From Actinomycetota bacterium (GTDB lineage: Bacteria; Actinomycetota; Geothermincolia; Geothermincolales; RBG-13-55-18), in NCBI GenBank assembly GCA_028275245.1, contig JAPWVA010000001.1, positions 1 to 29,202 on the forward strand: a stretch of 29,202 nt of DNA, written 5' to 3'. This document shows positions 1-7,931 of the stretch, piece by piece. The notes under the pieces were generated by a model. The model did not search any database and had not been told where the DNA came from. It saw only the letters and a program-made list of their open reading frames with translations. The number at the start of each line of letters is the position of its first letter. Position 1 is the stretch's first letter. Position numbers and translations under genes: made by a program.

Positions 1-42
1 GGATAATATGGGTTGATTATCGGAGAAAGGTTGGAGAGGGGA

Positions 43-417
43 ATGAACAAGAAGAGGCTGGCTGCCTTCAAGAAGATGCTTCTGGATCAGAAGGCCGTTC
101 TGGAGAAGCAGTTCAAGGAGTTGGAAGAGGGTAACTTCCATTCCTCCCAGTCGGAGTTCACCGGGGAGTTGCCCTTTGATGAGGACTACGCTGCTAGCGG
201 TACCCACACCTTCGAAAGGGAAAGGGACCTTTCCCTTACCGAGAACATCCGCGATTTACTGGAACAGGTGAATCATGCCCTGGAGAGGATAGAAGAAGGA
301 ACTTATGGCATATGCGAGATGTGCGGGCAGCCCATCCCCGAGGAGAGGCTGGAAGCCCTCCCCTACGCCAACCTCTGCATCGCGTGCAAACAGAAAGAGG
401 AAAGGGAATACCACTGA
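43..417 (+). CDS. TraR/DksA family C4 zinc-finger protein (YteA/YocK-like)
   Basis: N-terminal coiled coil, GTHTFERERDL segment and C-terminal CEMC-x17-CIAC zinc finger. ATG at 43 follows the SD-like GGAGAGGGG; the ORF track starts at TTG 13. Confidence 0.9.
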   Translation: MNKKRLAAFKKMLLDQKAVLEKQFKELEEGNFHSSQSEFTGELPFDEDYAASGTHTFERERDLSLTENIRDLLEQVNHALERIEEGTYGICEMCGQPIPEERLEALPYANLCIACKQKEEREYH

Positions 418-878
418 ACCTGCTCTGCCCGGCTCTCGCCGTGCTGGCAGCGGATCAACTGGCCAAGGCGCTGGTGGTAGCCAGGCTGTCTCCCGGTGAG
501 GAGATAAGGGTCTTGGGTCCCTTCGTCCTGCGGCAGGTACGCAACACCGGCTCGGCCTTTGGCCTTTTTTCCAGTAATCCCATCCCCGTCCTGGTGGCTT
601 CCCTGGCGTCCTTTCTGCTGCTGACCCTCATCCTATACCGCTGGAGATTACTGCGTATCCGCCCTTCCCTCCTGGGGCTGGGCTTGACAGTGGGCGGGGC
701 CGTGGGTAACATCGTCGATAGGATTTTCCGGGGCGCCGTGGTGGACTTCATAGACATAGGGCCCTGGCCCGTGTTCAACCTAGCAGATGTCTCCATCGTC
801 CTGGGAGTCTCTCTATTAGTCCTGGTGCTCTTCGGGGAGGCACTCAAGCCTGAAAGGGGTAGGTGGAGGCGGACATGA
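384..878 (+). CDS. lspA: Lipoprotein signal peptidase (signal peptidase II)
   Basis: Motifs DQLAK, NTGSAFGLF, GNIVDRI, GAVVDFI and PVFNLAD, with four hydrophobic segments. Start is uncertain: GTG 384 or CTG 414. Confidence 0.93.
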   Translation: MQTERGKGIPLNLLCPALAVLAADQLAKALVVARLSPGEEIRVLGPFVLRQVRNTGSAFGLFSSNPIPVLVASLASFLLLTLILYRWRLLRIRPSLLGLGLTVGGAVGNIVDRIFRGAVVDFIDIGPWPVFNLADVSIVLGVSLLVLVLFGEALKPERGRWRRT

Positions 879-1642
879 GACCGGTGCTCTTTCACCTGGG
901 CCCCCTCACGGTGCATTCCTATGGTTTCTTCCTGGCCCTGGCCTTCCTGGTAGGCATGGGGATAAGCTTCCGTTACCTGCGTTCCCGTTTCGTGGACGCC
1001 TACATAGTTTTCGAGCTGGTCCTGGCAGCGGCGGTAGGCGGCATAGTGGGGGCCCGTGCATTCTACGTGCTGGGGCACCTAGGCGAGTTCAGGGGACGTT
1101 GGGGGGACGCCTTCAAGTTCTGGAACGTTCAGGGATTGGTCTTCTACGGAGGATTGCTCCTGGGCTTCGCCGCTGGGGTGGCGGTGATTAAGTGGAGAAA
1201 GGCCCCCTTTGGGGTTATCGCGGATTCGGCGGGGCTGGCCCTTCCCCTCTCCCTGGCGGTGGCCAGGATAGGCTGTTTCCTGAATGGCTGTTGTTTCGGG
1301 AAACCCTCCGGGCTCCCATGGGCGGTTACCTTTCCGGTGAGCACCCAGGTAGAGATGGGCATGCCCAAGAACCCTCTGCATCCCACCCAGGTTTACGAGC
1401 TACTCATGGCCCTTGGCATCTTCGTCGTCCTTTCGTCCTTGCTAGGGCGGTTCCGCCGCCGCGGTGAGGTGATGCTGGGTTTCTTGCTGCTTTACGGAGC
1501 GGCCCGCTTCGTAAACGAGTTCTTTCGCTACCACGACAACCCTCGGGGTGGCCTGTTCTTCCAGGTATTGAGCGCCATCATCTTCGTGGGTTCCGGGCTA
1601 GCCCTACTCTTCCGCCACCGCCTTCTTCCCGAGAACCGATGA
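875..1642 (+). CDS. lgt: Prolipoprotein diacylglyceryl transferase
   Basis: Motifs GARAFYV, GLVFYGG, RIGCFLNGCCFG, HPTQVYE and RFVNEFFR. ATGA overlap with the lspA stop at 875-878. Confidence 0.95.
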   Translation: MRPVLFHLGPLTVHSYGFFLALAFLVGMGISFRYLRSRFVDAYIVFELVLAAAVGGIVGARAFYVLGHLGEFRGRWGDAFKFWNVQGLVFYGGLLLGFAAGVAVIKWRKAPFGVIADSAGLALPLSLAVARIGCFLNGCCFGKPSGLPWAVTFPVSTQVEMGMPKNPLHPTQVYELLMALGIFVVLSSLLGRFRRRGEVMLGFLLLYGAARFVNEFFRYHDNPRGGLFFQVLSAIIFVGSGLALLFRHRLLPENR

Positions 1643-2562
1643 AAAAGATTGTGCACTCCGTGGGAGAGGAACACGCCGACTTCCGGCTGGACCGGGCTGT
1701 GGCATCCCTTGCTGGGATAACCCGGAGTCATGCCCAGAGGCTCTTGGAGGAAGGCAAGGTAAGGGTGGACGGCGTCCCCAGGCCCAAGAACCACCGCCTG
1801 CGCCCGGGTTCCATCCTGGAGATAGAGCTCCCGGAGGAGGAAGAATTCAGCCTGATCCCCAGGGAAATACCGCTGAACATCCTCTACCAGGACGAACACT
1901 TAGCGGTGATCTCAAAGCCGGCAGGACTGGTGGTCCATCCCGCCTCCGGTCACTGGGACGACACCTTGGTGAACGCCTTGCTCGTGGGGGTGGTGGACCC
2001 GGAGGCTTGCGATGATAAGCTACGGCCGGGGATCGTCCACCGCCTGGACCGGGACACCTCCGGCCTCATGGTGGTGGCTAAGTCTTGGAGGGCCAAAGAG
2101 GTCTTGCAGCGGATGATCAGGGAAAGGATCCTGAAGAGGTATTACCTCTGCCTGGTGCACGGGGTACCCGCCACCAGGCTGGGAAGGGTGGAGGCCCCTA
2201 TAGGGAGGGACCCGGTACACCGGCGCCGTATGGCGGTCAGGGGAGAGGGCAAGCCCGCCGTGACTCTGTTCCGCCTACTACGGGATTACGGAGAGGCATC
2301 CCTACTGGAAGTGGAGCTGATCACGGGCAGGACCCACCAGGTGAGGGTACATATGTCCTACATCGGCCACCCGGTGGTGGGGGACCCGGAATACGGTAGA
2401 TGGGGAGAGCTTGAAAGAAGGCTCGGTATCCATCGCCAGTTCCTGCATGCCCACCGGCTTGAGTTCCCCCATCCCTTCAGCGGCGAGGCCCTGTCTTTCC
2501 GGGACCCGCTTCCCCAGGACTTGGAGGATGCCCTCCAAAAGATCGAGGAGGGAAGAATTTGA
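1639..2562 (+). CDS. rluD: RluA/RluD family pseudouridine synthase with N-terminal S4 domain
   Basis: S4-like RLDRAVA, catalytic HRLDRDTSG and GRTHQVRVH. ATGA overlap with lgt. Confidence 0.93.
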   Translation: MKKIVHSVGEEHADFRLDRAVASLAGITRSHAQRLLEEGKVRVDGVPRPKNHRLRPGSILEIELPEEEEFSLIPREIPLNILYQDEHLAVISKPAGLVVHPASGHWDDTLVNALLVGVVDPEACDDKLRPGIVHRLDRDTSGLMVVAKSWRAKEVLQRMIRERILKRYYLCLVHGVPATRLGRVEAPIGRDPVHRRRMAVRGEGKPAVTLFRLLRDYGEASLLEVELITGRTHQVRVHMSYIGHPVVGDPEYGRWGELERRLGIHRQFLHAHRLEFPHPFSGEALSFRDPLPQDLEDALQKIEEGRI

Positions 2563-2716
2563 CCTGGCGGCTCCGGTTCCTGCACCCACCGCTTTCCCCG
2601 TGCTAGGGGGGTGGTCATGGTCCCGAGTCGCCGGGCTCCCGCGACGCTTCCCCCTCGGCCGCCATGATCCAATGTCCGATCTCTCGGAAACCCCGCGATG
2701 TCCCGTTCACCCGCCC

Positions 2717-2722
2717 TATAGT
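2717..2722 (+). promoter_or_regulatory. Candidate -10 element (TATAGT) upstream of the wHTH gene
   Basis: 5/6 match to TATAAT about 120 nt before the start codon; no consensus -35. Confidence 0.35.
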
Positions 2723-2838
2723 CCCGGTAATCCTCAAGGACGAACCGATCGCGGGATAAAGCTACTGAACTGACGGCTGGCTGCCAATAAAGAAACGGGG
2801 CGTTTCGCGGGACTAGAGGGATGAAGGAGGCGCAAGCT

Positions 2839-3129
2839 ATGCATTTCAGCAGCGTGCGCGGGGAAGGGAGGACCAGAAGCCTAGCTTTACTGGGAAAGAG
2901 GATTCCCGATTCTGTTATCAGGGTGGAGCTCATAACCTTTTTCCACCGCTATCCAGGGACCCACTTCGGGGCCTGCGAGATAGCGGAGAGGCTGGAAAGG
3001 GACCCCCTCCAGGTGGAAGCTCAGCTGGAGAGGCTGGCCCAGCTGAACATACTGGAGAAGTCGGAAATGGAGGGGGAAACGGTATACCGTTATCGCCCTC
3101 CCTACTGCGCCGCCTGGGAGGAAAGGTAG
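2839..3129 (+). CDS. Small hypothetical protein, probable winged helix-turn-helix
   Basis: AAGGAGG SD at 2824-2830 before ATG 2839. Pattern ELITFFHRYP..EIAERLERDPLQVEAQLERLAQLNILEK..TVYRY fits helix-HTH-beta wing. Confidence 0.7.
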   Translation: MHFSSVRGEGRTRSLALLGKRIPDSVIRVELITFFHRYPGTHFGACEIAERLERDPLQVEAQLERLAQLNILEKSEMEGETVYRYRPPYCAAWEER

Positions 3130-3203
3130 GTAGATAAACCCCCCTGGCCCTGCCCACGCGACCTATAGGCATGATGCGCTCCTAGGGCGACCCCCATATC
3201 GCG

Positions 3204-4085
3204 TCAAAGGGGGTTCGCCAGACATTCTTCCTCCCCGGAGAAGTCTAGTCCCAGGGCCCTCATCTCCTCCTCCAGCTCGCCTATCATCCTCTCCAGCGCC
3301 TTCTTGCGCCGCAAAAGGGCTCGGTATCTGGATATAAAAGAACTCTCCACGTCTTGGCTCCCTTTGCCCTCGGGGCATATGTCATAGTAGTCGCACCATG
3401 GGCAGAGCCTCCCTGGGCGAGCAGGGAATTCCCCTTGGGCGATCCTACTGCCCACGTCCCTCAGCCTGGCCACCACCCTTTCCAAGGACTCCTCGTCCAG
3501 TGGCCGGGTGGAATAGCGCTGGTTGGGGACCACGAAATAGAAGGTGAGTTTGGCGGGGTTTATGCCGAAGACCTGCCGACAGGCGATCTGGTATATGGGA
3601 AGCTGCAGGTCTTCCTTCAGCTTGCTCAACTCGGGTAGCCGACGGTTGGTCTTGTAGTCCAGTACCTCGTACCTCCCGTCATCGTGGCGGTCCACGCGGT
3701 CGATCACCCCAGTGAGCCATATATCCCCCATGTCCAACTCAAATCGGTGTTCCACAGCCACCGGGAGCCGGAAAGAATCAGCGTTGTGCCGGTAGAAGCA
3801 GGAGAGCACCGCCCGGGCGTGTTCCAGGAAGAGATGGCTCTCCTCCTCGGAGGAAAAACCCTCCCGGCTCCAGCAGCCCTCAAGGTAGAGTAGAAGCTCG
3901 TCCAGGGAGGGCGGGACCGGCACATCCCGGTCATAGAACCACTGGAGGGCGGCATGTACTGCGCGACCGAAGACCAGGTGGGGCGTCACCTCCGGCGCCA
4001 GGCCGTCCACGTACTGGAAGCGGTAGGAGAGGGGGCACCTCTCGTATGCGCTGAGGGCGGTATAGCTGATCCTTGGCTTTTCCAT
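3204..4085 (-). CDS. PD-(D/E)XK nuclease (RecB/AddB/Cas4-like, PDDEXK_1 type) with four-Cys Fe-S staple and C-terminal coiled coil
   Basis: Motifs ISYTALSAYERCP, GRAVHAAL, VEHRF, GVIDRVD, VLDYKT, QLPIY and CPWCDYYDIC. GGAGG SD lies 5 nt before ATG 4085; alternative ATG at 4097. Confidence 0.9.
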   Translation of the reverse strand: MEKPRISYTALSAYERCPLSYRFQYVDGLAPEVTPHLVFGRAVHAALQWFYDRDVPVPPSLDELLLYLEGCWSREGFSSEEESHLFLEHARAVLSCFYRHNADSFRLPVAVEHRFELDMGDIWLTGVIDRVDRHDDGRYEVLDYKTNRRLPELSKLKEDLQLPIYQIACRQVFGINPAKLTFYFVVPNQRYSTRPLDEESLERVVARLRDVGSRIAQGEFPARPGRLCPWCDYYDICPEGKGSQDVESSFISRYRALLRRKKALERMIGELEEEMRALGLDFSGEEECLANPL

Positions 4086-4235
4086 GGCTTCCTCCATTAC
4101 CTGTATTGGAAAAGCTTTTCTAGGCCCTTATGGACATGGCCTCCATGACCTCGTGAGAAGTCCCCATGTCCTAAGGGGCCCCGTGCCCGAAGGGGATTTC
4201 TCCGTCCGCTATCCCCTTCCCTCCCAGGGCCAGGC

Positions 4236-4276
4236 CTGTCCCTGGCCCGACATATAATAGCATCCGGCCCGGACAG
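4236..4276. promoter_or_regulatory. Bidirectional promoter shared by dnaE (+) and the nuclease (-)
   Basis: Plus strand: CTGTCCCTG(4236-4244)-N8-TATAAT(4253-4258). Minus strand: CTGTCCGGG(4276-4268)-N8-TATTAT(4259-4254), with TG of an extended -10. Confidence 0.6.
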
Positions 4277-4379
4277 ACTCGACCCGTGGTGCGGACCGGG
4301 CTATGGGGACTCCGAAATGGATTCCGAGAATGGGAAGATAAAAAGGAGAGGGGGGAAACCTGACTGACGAGGAGGAAAA

Positions 4380-7300
4380 ATGGCCGTCAATTTCGTCCAC
4401 TTGCATAACCACACCGAGTACTCCATGCTGGACGGGGCGGCGCGCATACCGGCCTTGATCTCCCGGGCGCTAGAGCTGGGTTACGACGCCCTGGCCATAA
4501 CCGATCATGGAGGTATGTATGGGGTCATACCCTTCTACAAGGAGGCCGTCAAGGCTGGCGTCAAGCCTATCATTGGCGTTGAGGTTTATTACACCCCGGG
4601 AAGCCGGTTCGATCGCAAGCCGGTGAAGGAGGATCCCAACTTCCACTTGCTTCTCCTGGCCGAGGATAACCGGGGCTACCGGAACCTTATGAAATTGGTC
4701 ACCCGGAGTTTCCTGGAGGGTTACTATTACAAGCCCAGGGTGGATAGGGAGGTACTGGCCGAGCACTCGGAGGGGGTGATATGCCTCACCGCCTGTGTGA
4801 AGGGGGAGATCCCCGCGCTCCTGGCGGCAGGGGATTACGAGGGAGCTAGGGAGGCGGCCCGGGGCTTGCTGGAGATATATGGCCACGACCACTTTTTTAT
4901 GGAGCTGCAAGACCACGGCCTGCCGGAACAGAAGGCCATTAACCCTGGCTTGCGGGAGCTGGCCCGGGAGCTAGGGGTGGGCCTGGTGGTCACCAATGAC
5001 GTGCATTACGTGGACCGGGATGACCACCGATACCACGACGTCCTACTGTGTATCCAGACCAACTCCACAGTGGACCAAGAGGACCGCCTGCGCTTTTCAT
5101 CCGACCAGTTCTACCTCAAAAGCTACCAGGAGATGAAGGAGGCCTTCCCTGGGGAGGAAGAAGCCCTGAAGAACACTCGCCTTATCGCCGAGCGCTGTAA
5201 CGTGGAGATCGAGTTCGGCAACTACCTCCTCCCCCGCTACGAGGTCCCCGCGGGTTACGACCTCGACGGGTACTTGGAGAAGTTGGCCCGGGAAGGGCTG
5301 CACAGGCGCTACAAGGAGATAACCCCGGAACTGGAGGAGAGGCTGTGCTACGAGCTCTCCGTCATACGGGACATGGGGTTCTCCGGGTACTTTCTCATCG
5401 TGTGGGACTTCATCCGCTTCGCCCGGGAGAACGGGATCGTGGTAGGTCCGGGGAGGGGATCCGCTGCCGGCTCGCTGGTGGCCTACTGCCTGGGCATCAC
5501 CTCGGTGGACCCCATCAAGTACGACTTGCTCTTCGAGCGCTTCCTCAACCCCTCTCGCCGCACCATGCCCGACATAGACATAGACTTCTGCTATCGCCGC
5601 CGGCCGGAGGTCATCCAGTACGTCAGTCGTAAGTACGGCGAGGACCGGGTTGCCCAGATCGTCACCTTTTCCACCATGGCCGCCAGGGCGGCCATAAGGG
5701 ACGCGGGAAGGGTTTACAACGTTGAGTACGGGCGGGTGGACCGACTGGCCAAGATGGTCCCGGAGGTCCTGAACATCAGCATAGACGAGGCGCTAGCCAC
5801 CTCACCGGAGCTCAGGGAGGTGTACGAGAAGGACGAGCTCGCTCGCAAGATCATAGACACCGCCCGACATCTGGAAGGCGTTATTCGCCAGGACTCCATC
5901 CACGCGGCCGGCGTGGTCATAGCCCACGACGAGCTGAGCAACTACACCCCCCTGCAGCGCCGGGGACCGGAGGAGGAGGTGGTCACTCAATACGACATGG
6001 AGGCCATCCAGGACATAGGGCTGCTAAAGATGGACTTCCTGGGCCTGAGGACCCTCACCGTGATCAGCGACACGCTGGATAACATCCGCACCTCGAGGGG
6101 CGAGGAGCTGGACATCGAGTCCATCCCCTTGGATGACCCGAAGACTTTCCAGCTGCTCCAGAGGGGTGATACGGTGGGGGTATTCCAGCTGGAAAGCCCC
6201 GGTATGAGGACGCTCTTACAGGAGTTCAGACCGGATAACTTCGAGGACCTCATCGCGGTGTTGGCGCTCTACCGTCCCGGTCCCCTGGGAAGCGGAATGG
6301 TCAAAGACTTCGTCAACCGCAAACGGGGCAAGACCCCCATCACCTACATCCACCCTGACCTCGAGCCAATCCTCAGGCCCACCTACGGGGTCCTGGTTTA
6401 CCAGGAGCAGGTGATGCGCATAGCGGTGGAGCTGGCCGGTTATTCCATGGCTGAGGCGGACAACCTGCGCAAGGCCATAGCCAAGAGCAAGGCGGAGGAA
6501 CTGAAGAAGGACAGGGAGAAGTTCGTGCAGGGGATGGTCTCCCGGGGCTACAGGAAGGACTTGGCGGAGACCATCTTCGACCTGGTGGAGAAGTTCGGCA
6601 ATTACGGTTTCAACAAGTCCCACAGCACCGCCTACGCGGTCATCTCCTACCGTACCGCGTATCTCAAGGCCCATTACCCCAAGGAGTTCATGGCCGCCCT
6701 TTTGAGCAGCGTGAGCGGCAACAAGGACAAGGTTCCCCTCTTCATCAACGAGTGCCGGAAGATGGGGATCAAGGTCCTGCCCCCCGACGTGAACGAGAGC
6801 CTGAAGGAGTTCACCCCGGTAGAGGAGGGGATAAGGTTCGGCCTCTCCGCGATCCGCAACATAGGGGACGGTCCGGCGGAAAAGATAATCGCCCAGCGCC
6901 AGGAGGGGGGGCCTTACCGCTCCCTCCTTGACTTCTGCGAGAGACTGGGGGCGGGGGTGCTCAACAAGAGGGCTTTGGAAAGCCTCATAAAAAGCGGCGC
7001 TTTCGACTGCTTCGGCTATCCCAGGAACCATCTTCTCAAGGTATATGAGAGGGTGGCCGACCTGGCGGCGGAAAGGTGCCGGAACCGGGAGGAGGGACAG
7101 GACTCCCTCTTCTGCGACGAGGAACTGGAGGACCCGGTGAGGTCCCTGCCGCTCCAGGAGGAGATGCCCAAGGACAAGTTGCTGGGATATGAGAAGGAGA
7201 TGCTGGGCGTCTACGTATCCGACCATCCTCTGATGCAGATCCGGGAAGAGTTCTACGCGGCCATCGAGTGCGAGATCTCAGAGCTAGACGGGCTTCCCGA

Positions 7301-7811
7301 CGGGACAGTGCGCTGGATAGGGGGGATAGTGGCCCAAAAGACCCAGAGGCTCACCCGCAAGGGCGAGCTCATGGCCAGCGTGGTACTGGAAGACCTCACC
7401 GGAAGGGTGGAGGTCACCGTTTTTCCCGCCCTCTACCTGGAACACCGGGAATGCCTGGAGGAGGGATCCGTCGTCTGCGTCAAGGCCAAGGTGGAATCGG
7501 AGGATCGCGGGGAGGAGGTGAGGACGGTCAGGGTGGTGGCGGTGGACCTGGCGCCTCTGGGGAAGAGGCACCCGGAAAGGGAGTTCAGAATAGAGTTGGA
7601 GGAGGATTGGCTGGACAGGCGCCATGCGGATGAGCTTCGCCGGGTCCTTTCCTGCCACCGGGGGGAGACGCCAGTGAAGATAATGCTCCGCAGAGGTGAC
7701 GGTAAGGTACAAGTTTATCAGTTGCCACCGGAGCTATACGTGGAACCCTCCGGGGGATTGTACGCAGAACTCCTGGCCCTGGTAGGGGAGGGGTGCTTCT
7801 CCCTGCTTTGA
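4380..7811 (+). CDS. dnaE: DNA polymerase III subunit alpha (DnaE)
   Basis: PHP domain HLHNHTEYSMLDG, GRGSAAGS, catalytic PDIDID, YGFNKSH and C-terminal OB fold. 1143 aa, GAGGAGG SD. Confidence 0.98.
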   Translation: MAVNFVHLHNHTEYSMLDGAARIPALISRALELGYDALAITDHGGMYGVIPFYKEAVKAGVKPIIGVEVYYTPGSRFDRKPVKEDPNFHLLLLAEDNRGYRNLMKLVTRSFLEGYYYKPRVDREVLAEHSEGVICLTACVKGEIPALLAAGDYEGAREAARGLLEIYGHDHFFMELQDHGLPEQKAINPGLRELARELGVGLVVTNDVHYVDRDDHRYHDVLLCIQTNSTVDQEDRLRFSSDQFYLKSYQEMKEAFPGEEEALKNTRLIAERCNVEIEFGNYLLPRYEVPAGYDLDGYLEKLAREGLHRRYKEITPELEERLCYELSVIRDMGFSGYFLIVWDFIRFARENGIVVGPGRGSAAGSLVAYCLGITSVDPIKYDLLFERFLNPSRRTMPDIDIDFCYRRRPEVIQYVSRKYGEDRVAQIVTFSTMAARAAIRDAGRVYNVEYGRVDRLAKMVPEVLNISIDEALATSPELREVYEKDELARKIIDTARHLEGVIRQDSIHAAGVVIAHDELSNYTPLQRRGPEEEVVTQYDMEAIQDIGLLKMDFLGLRTLTVISDTLDNIRTSRGEELDIESIPLDDPKTFQLLQRGDTVGVFQLESPGMRTLLQEFRPDNFEDLIAVLALYRPGPLGSGMVKDFVNRKRGKTPITYIHPDLEPILRPTYGVLVYQEQVMRIAVELAGYSMAEADNLRKAIAKSKAEELKKDREKFVQGMVSRGYRKDLAETIFDLVEKFGNYGFNKSHSTAYAVISYRTAYLKAHYPKEFMAALLSSVSGNKDKVPLFINECRKMGIKVLPPDVNESLKEFTPVEEGIRFGLSAIRNIGDGPAEKIIAQRQEGGPYRSLLDFCERLGAGVLNKRALESLIKSGAFDCFGYPRNHLLKVYERVADLAAERCRNREEGQDSLFCDEELEDPVRSLPLQEEMPKDKLLGYEKEMLGVYVSDHPLMQIREEFYAAIECEISELDGLPDGTVRWIGGIVAQKTQRLTRKGELMASVVLEDLTGRVEVTVFPALYLEHRECLEEGSVVCVKAKVESEDRGEEVRTVRVVAVDLAPLGKRHPEREFRIELEEDWLDRRHADELRRVLSCHRGETPVKIMLRRGDGKVQVYQLPPELYVEPSGGLYAELLALVGEGCFSLL

Positions 7812-7914
7812 CGAGAGCTCTCCGGGTCAGCTCGGATAAATGGGCTCGTCTTGACACCCCCCGAACGGGGATGGGGTACCCGCCAGGAGCTCTCGGGGAC
7901 CGGCCCGGGTAAGG

Positions 7915-7931
7915 AGGGGTATAATACCCCT
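7915..7931 (+). promoter_or_regulatory. Candidate his-operon -10 (TATAAT 7920-7925) inside a perfect 17-bp inverted repeat
   Basis: AGGGGTAT-A-ATACCCCT read directly from the sequence. Confidence 0.5.

Noticed and set aside
2699-2722. TGTC upstream of the wHTH -10 and of the livK TAGAAT as additional -26 elements
   Set aside because: Spacing is 14 and 15 nt rather than the 12 nt seen at dnaE, the nuclease and polA.
3204-4085. CRISPR-Cas locus implied by the Cas4-like nuclease
   Set aside because: No repeat-spacer array and no cas1, cas2 or effector genes in the window.
6216-7226. Long antisense or alternative-frame ORFs (for example 6216-7226, 8961-9371, 12881-13960, 15186-16193, 21448-22272, 23447-24331, 24279-25043)
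   Set aside because: They shadow well-supported genes, carry no family motifs, and are expected from codon bias in GC-rich DNA.
4380-7811. Inteins or frameshifts in dnaE, polA or uvrB
   Set aside because: Lengths are normal, motifs are contiguous, and there are no intein-like insertions.
7851-7856. Perfect TTGACA hexamers at 7851 and 8091 as -35 elements
   Set aside because: Neither has a -10-like hexamer 16-18 nt downstream.
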